Source of the DNA: Eledone cirrhosa
Lineage: Eukaryota
NCBI GenBank assembly: GCA_964016885.1
Contig: OZ024742.1
Coordinates: 307,830,001-307,894,000 of the forward strand
Direction: 5' to 3'
DNA: 64,000 nt
Made by a program: the position numbers and the translations under genes. Each line of letters begins with the position of its first letter. Position 1 is the first letter of the stretch. The notes under the pieces are model-generated. The model searched no databases. It saw only the letters and a list, made by a program, of their open reading frames with translations, and had not been told where the DNA came from. Of this stretch, positions 1 through 13,150 are shown piece by piece.

Positions 1-740
1 GGAGTCGGTGGAAAGCTACTATATTGGACTAAGACTTTCCTGATTAATAGAGCCCAGTTTGTTATAACCGAAGGAATATGATCAAGCTCAGCCAAAGTCA
101 GTTGTGGCGTTCCACAATGCACTGTGTTGGGCACACTTCTCTTTATTATTTACATCAATATAAATAAAAGGGTGGTGGATTGGCAGTATCGGTAGAGGGT
201 CGGACGCCATGATTTGCAGCAAAGAGTTACGGCCTTTTATGGTCTGAGTTCAAATTCCGTCGAGGTTAACTTTGCCTTTCATCCTTACGGGGTCGATAAA
301 ATAAAGTACCAGTAATACACTGGGATAATTGCTGGCCTTGTGCCAAAAGTAGAAATAATTATTTACATCAATGACACAATAGAAGGTCGTCAACGGAGTG
401 CGAGACATGTCTTCAATCAGAACATCTGGCTGTTATCCAAAAATATAAAACCAAAACAATATTCTAATAAACGAAGAAAAAATTGAATTAATCCACTTTG
501 AAAAAAGGATGCAATGAAATTACCACACTTATTTTCATGTGAAACTCACCAGGCACCCAACAACAACAGAGTAATTTTTCAGGACAACCTAAGCTGGCGT
601 ACTGACATAAATAACGATGTTGATATGGCCCACACGATACGTTCCTGGCTTCTTAGAAGTTTCTGCTCGAAAGATATTTACACCATCATCTTTTTCTTCT
701 CTGTCTTTTCCCAGCCCCTTGTCTTATATGCAAATTAGTA
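1..740 (+). pseudogene. Decayed CR1/L2-type LINE reverse transcriptase fragment, interrupted by a SINE
   Basis: Bases 1-159 translate GVGGKLLYWTKTFLINRAQFV...SCGVPQCTVLGTLLFIIYIN (RT motif B) and continue as D after the SINE. ORF 514-738 has VIFQDNLSWRTDIN...WLLRSF, resembling the CR1/L2 thumb. Stops and frameshifts present. Confidence 0.65.
160..357 (+). mobile_element. tRNA-derived SINE (main family of the window) with 15-bp TSD
   Basis: A-box TGGCAGTATCGG, B-box GAGTTCAAATTCC, core ttgcctttcatccttacggggtcgataaaataaagtaccagt. TSD attatttacatcaat at 145-159 and 358-372. Confidence 0.9.
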
Positions 741-1032
741 TGTCCATTTCAGAATAATACAAAAGAGCAAATGGGTAATATACCCATTAATGTTTCTTTG
801 TGTTTCTTTGGACTATACACGTTTGCTGATGAGGGCCTAATTAGATCGGAAAATCTGTATATCATTTTTTTAATTTACAGGGACATTTCTATTTTCTGGC
901 CTCTTGTTACGCCTACATACTAGATATCTGTATATTCAGTATTTATACACCTATTGCAGTCCCAGTTATACACTGTGTATTTATACAGATATACCTTTAT
1001 CATACACTTCAGCTGCTAGCGAACGTCTTACT

Positions 1033-1247
<215 letters not shown>

Positions 1248-1372
1248 TCTGGCACCTTAAAAATTCGCAAAACATTCTTGCGATTCAAGGTATGACAATT
1301 TCTTTTCTTTTACAACCTTCGTACCAGAAATGTGGCCAGTCAAAAATGTACTCAACATTAAGAAAAAGAGAT
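1248..1372 (+). mobile_element. Extreme 3' fragment of an R4/Dong-type LINE in (CATA)n
   Basis: 1251-1293 reads [14 protein letters not shown], homologous to the C-terminus GTVKMCKTFQKFCI* of the 1633-4996 element. Ends in gatacatacat. Confidence 0.6.
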
Positions 1373-1380
1373 ACATACAT

Positions 1381-1573
1381 GGTGGCTGCCAACTCGTTTT
1401 CGAGTACGGCCACTACTTTATATCCATGTAGGAGAAACCCTACCGATGCGCTGAACGAGTGTGATGTTTAGTCCAGCCAGCGACTTGAAAACTCTGGTAC
1501 AAACACTACACTTGTGACAGTTATTGACACATAGTGCTGGGCCCAGGTACCATGTCACGACAAGTGCAGAGAG
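1381..1573 (+). mobile_element. Probable LINE 3'-UTR fragment flanked by (CATA)n
   Basis: Unique structured segment (hairpin gtggc..actcg-tttt-cgagt..gccac) bounded by CATA repeats. It ends gag-atacatac like the preceding fragment. Confidence 0.4.
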
Positions 1574-1602
1574 ATACATACATACATACATACATACATA
1601 CA

Positions 1603-1632
<30 letters not shown>
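1574..1632. repeat. (TACA)n microsatellite
   Basis: Directly visible. Confidence 0.95.
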
Positions 1633-1634
<2 letters not shown>

Positions 1635-4600
1635 AACCATCAGAGTCTACCTTTGTATACCATCCGAGTCTACCTCGACTGTTGTGGAAAATACTATCGA
1701 TAATGATAATCAAAAGTATAAACAATTGAAAATTTCCCTCAACGAAATCTTCCAGAGAGAAATTAACTCATGTATAAATATCTCTCTGGTTGAACGTGTT
1801 AAAATGACAATGGTGAATAAAAAAACAAATAATGAAATACTACGTGTTATTGACGAAATAGGGGATGAATATTTACGACGGATAAAACCCCCAACATTTT
1901 AGCAAATCAACGCCTGTTTATATGCCTTAGCAATGACAGTGAAGCATTATCTTGGTGATAGCAGAGATATTAACTAGAACAAAACACCACCAAAAATACT
2001 ATCATATATAACTAAAATAGAAAAAAAGAGTGCTGCCTACGAAAAAACATAGTATATGTGATAATGCTCCTTACATGCAAACAAACACAAAAAAAACTCA
2101 CTCTTCACCAACAAAGAGAGAAAAATAAAATAGAGACGATGTTTGGTAACAGTAGAACCAGAACTCTCCAATATAAGCTGATCACCCTCAAACAAGAATT
2201 GAGAGCTGTTAGCGAAAAACGCCGATACCTGAAGAAGGTAGATGAGAGAAAAATGCTTAATAAAAGATTCAGACGAAACCAAACATCAGTCTATAGAGAT
2301 ATGAAGGGCAAAATAATAAGTGTCACCGAGGCCCCATCCCAGAAAGACATAGATTCCTTTTGGAGAAAAATATGGGGTGAAAAGAAGAATTTCAACCAAG
2401 ATGCAGTGTGGCTAAGAGAAATCCGAAAGAACTATTGCTCCTACACTACAACAAAAACATACGAAATAAGTGAGGGTACCCTTGAGACTGTGATGGGAAA
2501 ACTCCAAGATAAGAAAACACCAAGAAGAGACATGATTGTCGGCTACTGGTACAAAAAACTAATATTCTATCGGAGGTATCTTACTGACCTCTACCAACAA
2601 GTTCTTAAGGGAGATACACTTATACCAGAATGGTTGACATTAGCACAAACGTTACTGGTCCCCAAGAACAAAGACACCCATTTGGCAAAAAACTACCGAC
2701 CCATTGCATGCCAGAACCTGATGTATAAGATGTATACAGCCTGCCTCAACCTATTCCTCGAAGATCACTGTGAAAATAATAACATCATCACAGATGAACA
2801 AGCAGCTGGAAAGAAAAGGGTTTGGGGATGTGCTGAACAACTCCTAATCAACAAAACTGCGATGTCGGAGGTGCGACAACTTAGGAGGAATATGACTACA
2901 GTCTGGCTGGACTACAAGAAAGCTTTCGATTCTGTTCCCCACTCTCGGATGATAGAGGCCCTCCAACTTGCTAAAGTCCCAGACATTATTGTCAGAGCCA
3001 TAGAGAGGCTGTCTTCTTCTTGGGCTACTATCCTAAGGTTAAAGACAGAGCGGGAGGACTCTATATTCACTGATAAAATAAAATATTGCAGGGGTATATT
3101 TCAGCAGGACAGTCTCTCTGTGATATTGTTCATCTTGTCATTAAACCCCTTGTCCTTTCTGCTCAAGAAATGTGAGGGATACATCATTGGCTCACAGGAG
3201 GAACAGAAATACGTACCTAACCCATAACTTCTTTGTGGACGATCTGAAACTCTATGCCAAGAACATGGATGGGATGAAGAAAAATCTTGACCTGGTTACA
3301 ACGTTCTCAAAGGATATAGGAATGGAATTTGGCCAAGATAAATGCTCATACATGACTGTAAAGCGGGAAAAACAACAACCCAATCTAGCAACATTGTCAT
3401 CAATGGTCTAACTGTTTCACCGATATCTGATGAGGACTGCTACAGATACCTGGGGATAGCTGAGAACATATCCTATAATGGTATCTGTAATAAAGAACGC
3501 GTAACCAGGGAACACTACACCCGATTAAGAAAGATCTGGTCATCGGAACTCTCTGCGCAAAACAAAACAGTGGCTCACAATGTGTTTGCTGTGCCTGTCC
3601 TAACACCAACGTTTGGAATACTCAATTGGACGATAGACGAAATCCGAGCAGTTGATGTTGGAACTCGAAAAATACTGAACAACACCGGAAACTTCCACAT
3701 CAACAGTGACATAGACCGCCTTTACTTGAAACGTAAGCAGGGAGGCAGAGGCCTAACATCAGTCCAGACAACATTTGAATGTCGCATCATATCTCTCCGA
3801 CAACATCTACGAACCTCGAAGCGTAGGAGCCCGCTTCTTGAGCAAGTCTATCTGCATGAAACAGATAAGATCATGAGAGTTGGGAAGGAACTCCTTGAGA
3901 GATATTCCCTGTGTGATAATCAAAAACTCACACCCAGGGATGTCGCTCAGCAGTATCACAGTGAATCCATGGATGAAAAACTGCATGCCTATCAGCAAAA
4001 AATCATGCATGGATATGTTGCCAGGAAGCTCCAGAGTGAGAGTAATATAGATAAGGAAAGTAGTCTATCTTGGACCAACAACCGCTATATTGGCTCCCAC
4101 TTTGAAGGATACGCTTTTGCAATTCAAGAACGGGAGATTAGCACGAAATACCTAGATGTGATAACAAGTGCAGACTCTGCAGAACTAACATCGAGGATAT
4201 CACCCATGTCATCAGCAGCTGCCCAAAGATGTCATCGCGGTACTATTTACCTATGAGGCATGATGTAGTGGCCAAAACACTGTACAATGCAGTTCGTAAA
4301 AAAGATAGCCCCGATAATAAACACATTAAAAGCTACAACAATGTGGAAGACATCCATGTACATAATATGAAAGAGTACTGGTGAAATGTTCCAGTAAAAA
4401 CCCCAATAAAATGCAGGCATAACAGACCAGATATTATGATATGGGACAGGTAGAAGAAAACATGCACAGTAGTGTAAATTAGCTGCCCAGCAGATGCCAA
4501 TATAATATCAAAGATTAGTGAAAAGGAGAATATTTATGCAGAACTGATGAGAAATCTGCAGATACTCCACGCTGATTACACCTTCAGATTTATGCCTGTG

Positions 4601-4996
4601 ATTATTGGGGCACTGGGATATGTTAGTAACTGCCTCAATACAAATCTTGAGAAGCTGGGCTTCACAGGAACAGAAAGAACACAACTAGTTAGGAAATTAC
4701 AAGTACAATCCATTAATGGAACAGTAAAAATGTGTAAAACATTCCAAAAATTTTGCATCTAATAACTGCATATACACATGCACAGATACAAAGCATCTAC
4801 ACATGCACACATACAACTCAAAACATACACATCCACACATACAATAACATCCATATCTACACATGCATGCATGCAGACATACATATCTACCTAGTTGATG
4901 TTGTGTAAATTCCAATGAGAGAGTCTTGTGTCTATGTTAGAAACCGACTCTCTCTCTATTGGTAAAACTTTGTGAAATTTTAAAACCAGAAGAACA
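1633..4996 (+). mobile_element. 5'-truncated R4/Dong-clade non-LTR retrotransposon (RT, CCHC knuckle, PD-(D/E)xK endonuclease), disrupted, inserted in (CATA)n
   Basis: ORF pieces 1684-1902, 2058-3227 (YRPIAC, DYKKAFDSVPH, GIFQQDSLS), 3172-3411 (FFVDDLKLYA), 3342-4256 (DRLYLKRKQGGRGL), CRLC..EDITHVISSC..RHD near 4160-4265, HNRPDIMIWD near 4418, and 4547-4762. CATA repeats on both sides. Confidence 0.9.
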
Positions 4997-5436
4997 TACA
5001 TACATACATATGTGTGTGTGTGTCTCTGTTTACGCGCGTGTGTGTGGAAAGTAATTAAGAAAATTAAGATTTTAAACAAAAATCCTCACGTATCACCAAT
5101 GTCCAACGCTCAATGTATTATATATCATTCAAAGACATGAATGCGATAGGGATGAATGTTCGTATATGGAGATTTGGTGTATAGAGCGTATGTTGTTATA
5201 TGTAAACTGAGATTGCTAAGATAAAAATGTGTGGGGATAATTATTATGTATTCATTTGTGTGTAACTACAAACGTTTTTGTAGTTCACTTGGACTTTTGA
5301 AATATTAGGTAAATTTATAAGTTCTTCTAATCGTGTGATATTTGGTGACTAAATGGTTGGAGGAATTCGAAAATATATTGACACATCATTTATTTATTGT
5401 TTTGTTGTAACTCTTCTCATCATTAGGGGTCGATTT

Positions 5437-5656
5437 GAGGACGGTAGACTGGCAGTATCGGTAGAGAGTCGGGCACCCTGCTTTGCAGCATACAGTTGCT
5501 GTCCTTTAAGGTCTGACTTCAAATCCCGCTGAGGTTAACTGTGTCTTTCATCCTTACGGGGTCGATAAAATAAATTACCAGTAACGTACTGGGGTCGATT
5601 TAATCGACTTTCCCCTCCCCCAAATTACTGGTCTTCTACCTTTACTAGAAATTATT
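5437..5656 (+). mobile_element. tRNA-derived SINE, longer-tail variant
   Basis: Same head and core as 160-357, plus an internal ggggtcgatttaatcgactttcccc segment. Imperfect TSD attagggg(t/g)cgattt. Confidence 0.85.
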
Positions 5657-6069
5657 ATTAGGGGGCGATTTAATCGAATTTCTTCTATCGTAGTGAATCC
5701 CTGGATCCTTATTCTTGTTTATTTAACATAAAAAAAAATTAAGGAAATGACAAATCCAGATAAGTCAATATCTAAAAAATAAAGGAATATTAATTAACAA
5801 ATAAGAATAAATCCATAGTTAATTACAACTATACTAAATAAAAAGTCGATTGATTTTCGTTACATTCGATTATTTCTCAGGTTCAGCAATCAGCATATCT
5901 TTTATAGATAGTTTCGAATATTTGTTCAAAATAATTAGTAAAATAAGCATGTAAATATATCAAGGAATAACAAATAGATTTTGTAAAATAAAATAAAAAT
6001 ATGTATTCATTTTAGAGGGTTTTCACACAATGTTTATTTCTCCTTTCTCAATGATGTATCAATATAAAT

Positions 6070-6375
6070 CAAAGGTTCTCCAGCAACATAATACCCTCAA
6101 CGCCTCCAATCCTATTTCCAGAGAAAGACCTACCTACATGAAAATTGAAAATAATATATAATAAACAAAATCGTTAATTTATATGAAATAAAAAATATTA
6201 TATATACTATGTATAAATAAATATATATTTTTTGTTTTACTATACTTATATATATGTATCATTTGATATTTAGTATATTATTATATCATCTCTTCAGACC
6301 TCTTAGGCCACAGCGCCCCCCCCTGGACCTTCTCACTGCTACCCCGGGAGGGGGGGGGGAATTTGAGAACCTCTG
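6070..6375. mobile_element. hAT/Charlie-type MITE
   Basis: TIRs ca(a)aggttctc / gagaacctctg. 8-bp TSD at(a/c)taaat. Internal sequence matches 20457-20781. Confidence 0.8.
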
Positions 6376-8227
6376 ATCTAAATAATGGTATATATGATAC
6401 AGATGCTCCACTCTCTATTACGGTAAAATCCGAAACATTAAATTTTACTGTCAGCTTTACAAATATTGCCCAGACATTTAAAATGTTTTGGATATGTTGA
6501 CACGATATTATCTTGATTTTATGATGGTTTGATTGCGACATTATCGTGTTTGGCATCTTAAGAAGACAATTTACTTGAATTATCATGTTAGTCCACCCAA
6601 AATCTTTTTTAATGATTTATAATTAATTATGTAATACATTGAAACATCTAAATAAAAACAAATACGAGTGTGAGAAACTCTCATTTAAATCTGTAAATAT
6701 ACATAAATTCATATATAAATACACGTATATGTTTATACATACACGCATATATTTATACATATACGCATATATTTATACATATATGCATATATTCATAAAA
6801 CATATACCCGTAAATACATACATATATAATAATATATGTATATATACACACACATACAATGGGGTGTTCCATTTTGCAAACTATTCGTCAATCATCTCAA
6901 TCGTATTCGCATTGCTTAATTAATATTTAAGGGTTACACACTTTCATATCTTTGTATTTCTGACCTGTCCTGTGGTATATTATCTATTCTGGTCACTTTA
7001 CTGATTCCAATGAGGAAACCACATGACAGAACAAAATGAAATGAAAATAAACAGGAGAAATATGTTCTAAATACACAATAATATTGGGGTTTAGGGACAC
7101 ACTTTATATGAAGGAAATTTATTACCAGTATCAGCTCCCTTTGTCCCCTGGACACTTGTTGAAATGATAATAAACAGACAAATGAAATGAAAATAACAGA
7201 AAGAATACGTTCTTAATACACAGTAATTTGGCGTTTCCAACAAATATAGACATCTTTACATATGCATAGGAGCTAACAACGATTTGGTATCCAGAAGAAG
7301 AAATCATGTGTTTATATCTTCTGAGAGATAGTTCGAATACTTGTAACGTCTACCATCTAAAGAAGGAACTGTTCTTTCGACATACTTCTAAACAGATTTG
7401 ATTTATAAATTTCAATAATGAGGCTTTGGTTGAGAAAAGAATTTGGTAGATAGATACGGGATAGTTGAATCAAATTTCAAATCACGTAGTTGTGAAGTTT
7501 CCTTCATAATCACAAGATAATGCTTGTGTAGGTCAATCACCCTGGGAAGATGAAAATCAAAGACAAGTTGTACACTTATTCAATGTTTTAGTCATTTATG
7601 TGATTATCCTTAATGTGAATATCTATTAACCCAGAGGGAATATCCATTATTTTATGAAAACCTGTTGGTTAACGAGAGAGTCAGGTAGCGCAATTTGAAC
7701 AAAGTGTCGTACATATAAGATCTCTCTGTCAACTACGTCTACAAATTCACCGCTTTCATTTAACAAGCAAGATAAAAAATAAACAAATGCGTGTTCCTTC
7801 ATGTTATCGATTGCTAGCTAACATTGTTTGAAAGAATATTCGTCTACTCACAGCAAGTGCGCACCTAAGATATACCTGCTGCACCTCACTAATTGATATT
7901 GTCTACTATATTTTCCTAATTGTTGTCGCTGTACGTGTTGTCCACAATACTTCATTAGTGTACACCGTTCATGAATAGCTATTCTCATCTTGAAAAAACG
8001 TCAGGTATAAAATATTCTGAATAAAAGCAAATGAATTGTATAGAGGAAAGTCAGTTTCTTAAAATAAAAACACTTGACATGTTAATGTGAAGGGAATTTG
8101 AAGTTTAGAGGGAGGCCATTTTATTAAGCTAGTAATACACTAAGCAAGATCGTTTGTAGTAGCTATGTAGTTGAGTAAGTGAACGGATTATTCATGTAAT
8201 TTTACATCGAGTAGATATAATATAAAA

Positions 8228-8304
8228 GGGGTAAGACTCTTCACAATAGTTATGAGGTCTTTCTAAAATAAAGACCTCATAACTATTGTGATGAATCTTA
8301 CTCC
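8228..8304. repeat. 77-bp near-perfect inverted repeat (35-bp arms)
   Basis: ggggtaagactcttcacaatagttatgaggtcttt-ctaaaat-aaagacctcataactattgtgatgaatcttactcc, with 3 mismatches. Confidence 0.9.
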
Positions 8305-8723
8305 ATCCAATTATTCATCATACAACTTGCTAGGAATAACCACCGATTGTCCTTCGAATAAATAAGTGATTACTATTTAGGACATTAAATAATATAATTG
8401 AATATACGTTATACTGAAAAATAAGACGGTGTTGTTAGAGATGGTAAAATTAACGGAATAGATATCAGATTAATTTGAGTGGTACTATTTCTAGGAAGAT
8501 GAGCAAATACCTAGGTGTTCCCCTGTTGTATAAATGATTGATTGTCTGTACTGACCGATTTCACTCATAGATGCTCATTGAATTCCTTCGAAGTTTATGT
8601 CTTTACGTAGAAACTAAATTAGTCAAAACGAAATGCCATTCTTCTAAGCAAGGATAGAAAGAAAATTATGGTCAGCAGGCACCAATATATATTCTATGTG
8701 TTGTCTAACACTATACTACTCAT

Positions 8724-8910
8724 TGGTGGATTGGCAGTATAGGTAGAGGGTCGGACACCATGCTTTGACGAATAGAGTTACGCCCCTTGCCATTCTGAGT
8801 TCAAATCGCGCCGAGGTTAACTTTGCCTTTCATCCTTACGGGGTCGATAAAATAAAGTACCAGTAATGTACTGGTATTTTCTGGCCTTGTGCCAAAAGTA
8901 GAAACAATTA
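8724..8910 (+). mobile_element. tRNA-derived SINE
   Basis: Full head, core and tail match to the other copies. Confidence 0.9.
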
Positions 8911-10658
8911 TTTATTCATACATAACTTCTATTTTATTTCAGCTTTCACCTTTGCGTCTTTATAGGGATTTTGAAAATCATGCGAACCATGTCGTCCCCA
9001 CTTTTAAAGGCAGTGGAGTGTGATTTGAAGCAGTTGTAACTGCTATATCTAACAAGTTGAGCGACCTTGAAATCTTAAGAAATTAAACCATCTCAACTTC
9101 ACGTAGAACTCTATAAATGTGGAAAGAATATTAATTATCTCTTCTCTGTCACCTGACTCCACTTAGAAATTCTTCTGAAATACTGTTACCAAAGACACGA
9201 GGCTTAACAGTTAGGGTGTTCGGTTCAATTTCTGAGTTCTATTGTCAACAGAATGATGAGAACCTGTGCAAAACACTTTATTTCCAGAAATGTACCTGTA
9301 ATTCGTATGACGAGCATTGTCACTTTGAATCTCTCTGAGAATTAAGGTAAGGGTACGCGTGTCTATTGAATGCTCAGCCACTTGCAGGTTAATTTCTCAA
9401 GATGACTGTTTTGTTAATAAAACTGTAAAAGTGATCTTCGGAGTCGACCGAGTTCCAGCAACATCAACAATAACAACGTACTCACTGTTCTCTATTCACA
9501 TAATTACTGACCATGTACCAATGTTTGTTAGACATATTCATTATGTTCATTATAATAGCTCCAGTTATATTCACGACTAAATTCTAATCTCCTTATCTCT
9601 TATTTTCCACAATTCCTGATATGAATTTGATGCAAAGATTTTTTTTATTTTGTGTGGGTACATTTTAATTGTGAGATAAAGATTCTCCTTATAATGATTA
9701 AAATAATTATAGTTATTATCATTTCAAAATCGCTCTCAAGTTAAGATCTGCTATTCGAGAGTGATTTAAGTTAAAACAAAAATAAGATGATAATAATAAT
9801 CAAATATGAAACATGTAGCAATTCTCCGAAAGCTGAAATTAATGGTAATTTATATTAAAACAGAATACATTTTGATTGAGGCGTTATAGTAAAGTGAAAG
9901 TTCATGATTTATAGAAGCTACATAGCTTCGGAAAATTTAATTGAAATAAACGTTAGAAAGAGGAAATATTTTTGTCTGCTTGCAATTATATATTTACTGA
10001 AACGGTTCTCGGAATTCTGAAGATAAAACATCTAAATGATGTGTTATTAAATCATATATCATGCATGCACATTTTCACATACTCTTACATACGTATAGAA
10101 GCGCTCTCAATCTTTCACTCTTCCTCTATCTATCTATCTCACATATACATACAAATATACAAATACTAAATCATATAGACAAGTGTAGTAAAATCAGATA
10201 ATAAATCTCTATTTCATGCTCCCTTGCTCATAACCTATTACAAATCGTTGTAAAGGAATGACAATCGTTGAAATCATTAATTTAATAAACGTACTAAGAA
10301 GCGAAACCGGTTTTAGTTTCGGACACCTCTACTCTTAGTGTAATTCTCAGGGCGCTTCAGCGTGGCATTGTGTGCCAAAGCTAACTCTTTCAATGTCAGA
10401 TACAGTCCATCTGAAGAGCTTCCAAAATGTATCCGTCTACCAAATTTCACTGACATGGCATAGGTTAACTCGAGGCTATCATACCTGACTCTTACCCAAG
10501 ATGCCACGAAGCAAGTCGGATCTAGCTCGGGATCAAATAATTGAGAAGCGAACCTCTTTAGTATTCGTCTTTGTTGCATCCACTCAATTCAAGTAAGGGG
10601 CATATATATAATACACACACACATATTATATATATATATAATATACGAAAAAGTATGA

Positions 10659-10753
10659 CCCCGACGGCTGAGCTCAAGCTGTTTCGACGGCTATTTCTGG
10701 ACTAAATTAGAATGTTTAGCCTGGTGAATAAATAGCCGAACTTGTCAAGGGGG
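10659..10753 (-). ncRNA. Antisense-arm copy of the U3-A8 hammerhead ribozyme
   Basis: Reverse complement of 11570-11664 with a few substitutions. Confidence 0.65.
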
Positions 10754-11569
10754 TACTTCCTTATATGGGAAGATTGTAGTTGTCAAGAGGATTGGTTAAA
10801 ATTTGTTGTAAACACAAATAAGTCTATCATGGTATTGGGTGGGAGATAGGGGTGGCTGAACTTGCCTGTAGAACAATAGAGGAGTGAGTGGAGCGGTCAA
10901 GCGTTGAAAGTGATATGTATACAGCAGATGCTAAGGATAGTGTAAGTTGAGGAGGGAGGTGTATAGAATAAGTAAATCGAATGAGAGTAGGAGAAATAAA
11001 TAAAAAAATCGCAATGCTATCTTACAATTACAGGTTAATAAGTTGAGAATAGAAAAAAACTTGTAGAAATTGAGTAGTAACAAAACTAATACAAAATTAA
11101 AGGGGTTTAACACATCTGCTATAAGTAGTTAGTAAAACGTATTCGGCCAATTCTATCTTAATATTACAGGGGTGGGGGAACTGATGCTACAGAGGCCCGA
11201 TGGGCTGCATCGGGGTAGGAGAAATAGGAAAAGCAGACGAGGAAGAAAATAGGGTGTGATTTTTTTAATTAATTTCTCACTATCTAATTTTATATATTTT
11301 TTTTATTTCTTTCTATTATCTTTTACTGTCTCCTACTCTCATTCGATTTACTTATTCTATACACCTCCCTCCTCAACTTAGACTATCCTTAGAATCTTCT
11401 GTATACATATCACTTTCAATGCTTGACCGCTCCACTCACTCTTCTATTGTTCTACAGGCAAGTTCAGACACCCCAACCTCCCACCAAAATGCCATGATAG
11501 ATTTATTTGTGTTTACACAAATTTTAACCAATCCTCTTGATAACTAAATTCTTCCCATATAAGGAAGTA

Positions 11570-11664
11570 CCCCCTTGACAAGTTCGCCTATTTATTCACC
11601 AGGCTAAAAATTCTAATTTAGTCCAGAATTAGCCGTCGAAACGGCTTGAGCTCAGCCGTCGGGG
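11570..11664 (+). ncRNA. Type I hammerhead ribozyme, U3-A8 core variant
   Basis: cccc-TTGACAA-g(ttcgcctatt..ttagccgt)c-GAAA-cggct(tgagctc)agccg-TC-gggg. Stems I, II and III pair, with a GUC cleavage triplet. Confidence 0.7.
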
Positions 11665-11776
11665 CCCTACTTGTTCCTATTACCCACTCTACTACCCTAA
11701 GTATTGAGTACTCTGGTGCGTTATGGTCCATCTGGTTCCTTACCACATTTTCTTCGTTATATATATATATATATAT

Positions 11777-12001
11777 AAGTGGTAACACAACAGTTAGTTC
11801 ACCATACTGAGAACAATTGTTTTACCTTAGCGGATCTTCAGCTCGGACTGGTCGTGGTTATATCGTATAACTGCGACTTCCGAGCTGAAGATCCGCTAAG
11901 GTCAAACAATTGTTCTCGGTATGGTGAACTAACTGTTACCACTTCCACCTAACTCGTCCCATGGACTGAGTGCTCTACCACTACGGATATTACTTTCCAG
12001 T

Positions 12002-12006
<5 letters not shown>
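11777..12006 (+). mobile_element. Short Penelope-like fold-back pLTR (family P2) with minimal hammerhead and tail
   Basis: 11777-11849 is inverted at 11879-11944. Motif ccgag-CTGAAGA-tccgctaaggt-(C)AAA-caattg-tt-ctcgg. Same family as 28009-29390. Confidence 0.8.
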
Positions 12007-12046
<40 letters not shown>

Positions 12047-12057
12047 TATATATATAT

Positions 12058-12402
12058 TTGGGGTGGGTAAGCGATGTCTTCTCTTGTGAAAATGGGCATA
12101 GCTTTCATAATGTAAAACCTCCTCGGTGGATTGGCAGTATCGGTAGAGGGTCGGACGCCATGCTTTCCAGCATAGTTACGTCCCTTTACGATCTGAGTTC
12201 AAATCCCGCCGAGGTTGACTTTGCCTTTCATCCTTACGGGGTCGATAAAATAAAGTACCAGTAATGCACTGGTACTTGCTGGCCTTGTGCCTAAAGTAGA
12301 AACAATTATGTAAAACCTCCTCACTTGCCTCATTTCTCCCCGTTTTGGGACACATATTTTCATGGTACTCCCCGTCTGGGTTTTTAGAGGTTGGCAGGTC
12401 TG
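12058..12402. mobile_element. Partial hAT-type MITE (second family) interrupted by a SINE
   Basis: Homologous to 15376-15567. Right TIR gttggcaggtctg ends at 12402. Confidence 0.7.
12125..12307 (+). mobile_element. tRNA-derived SINE with 15-bp TSD
   Basis: TSD atgtaaaacctcctc at 12110-12124 and 12308-12322. Confidence 0.9.
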
Positions 12403-12989
12403 CAAATACATAAAAGCGTTATATAAGAGGATGAGTCTAGCATCTGTTTTATGAGATTATGAAAGAGAAGCAAGTTTCAGTTGACGATTTGTTGGTTTGC
12501 TTCTATTTCTGAACTGATCTACTTCGAGAAATTGTTACAGCAAGTGTTTGAGCCCCATAGAACAATTAGTAATTATACACTAACTTGTTTGATTATTTCA
12601 GCTCGGTGAGTTCACGTGGTATCTTATTGCGGTATTGACGTTTTTTTAGGGATGATATTGTGTGGTTATGATTTTGGCTCATATTTGCGTAGGTTTATCT
12701 GGTTTTCCCCGAGGTTGCATCTCTTGGGTATTACTATCACAAAACCCTCAGTTCTATCATGACACTCTAGCCCATGCAACGTGTGGCGGAATTCGAACTT
12801 AAAATGGACAGTGCTCGAACATTTACTGCAAGGTGTACCGTCCGACGCCTTAACAACACCACTAATTCACCGACATAGACTGGCAATCTCTTTTACTGAC
12901 ACGGATAAAGTGGAAGATAAAGTCGAACAGATCGGGTTTGGACTCGGAATGCAGAGAACCTAAACAAGTAATTAGATGCCATAAAGAAT

Positions 12990-13150
12990 TTAATAAAGCA
13001 GTAGATTGTTAGATTGTGGGGTAGACTGCTTTGTGGTATTAGTTCCCGCTTTCTTCTCTCTGAGTTCAAATCCCATCGAGGCCAACTTTGCATTTTATAC
13101 TTTCGAGATTGATATAAAAGGTACCAGTCTTGTACTGGGGTCAATTCTTC
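12990..13150 (+). mobile_element. Old diverged copy of the SINE family
   Basis: ctgagttcaaatcccatcgaggccaactttgcattttatactttcgagattgatataaaaggtaccagtc. Confidence 0.65.

Larger units (their letters stand above)
10648..11758 (+). mobile_element. Penelope-like fold-back pLTR (family P1): ~345-bp inverted arms plus unpaired ~80-bp tail, in (TA)n
   Basis: 10648-10994 is the reverse complement of 11329-11678. Each arm contains a hammerhead. The tail is shared with 21958, 30917 and 33074. Confidence 0.8.

Noticed and set aside
172-262. SINE heads as tRNA genes
   Set aside because: A and B boxes are present but there is no cloverleaf, and they are fused to the SINE core with TSDs.
820-865. CTGATGAG..GAAA hammerhead-like word (similar at 20379 and 33646)
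   Set aside because: Stems I and III cannot be paired. At most these are decayed pLTR relics.
9200-10580. Two SINE-like relics (9200-9480 plus, 10300-10580 minus)
   Set aside because: Single copies in the window, with no TSD or clear boxes to define them.
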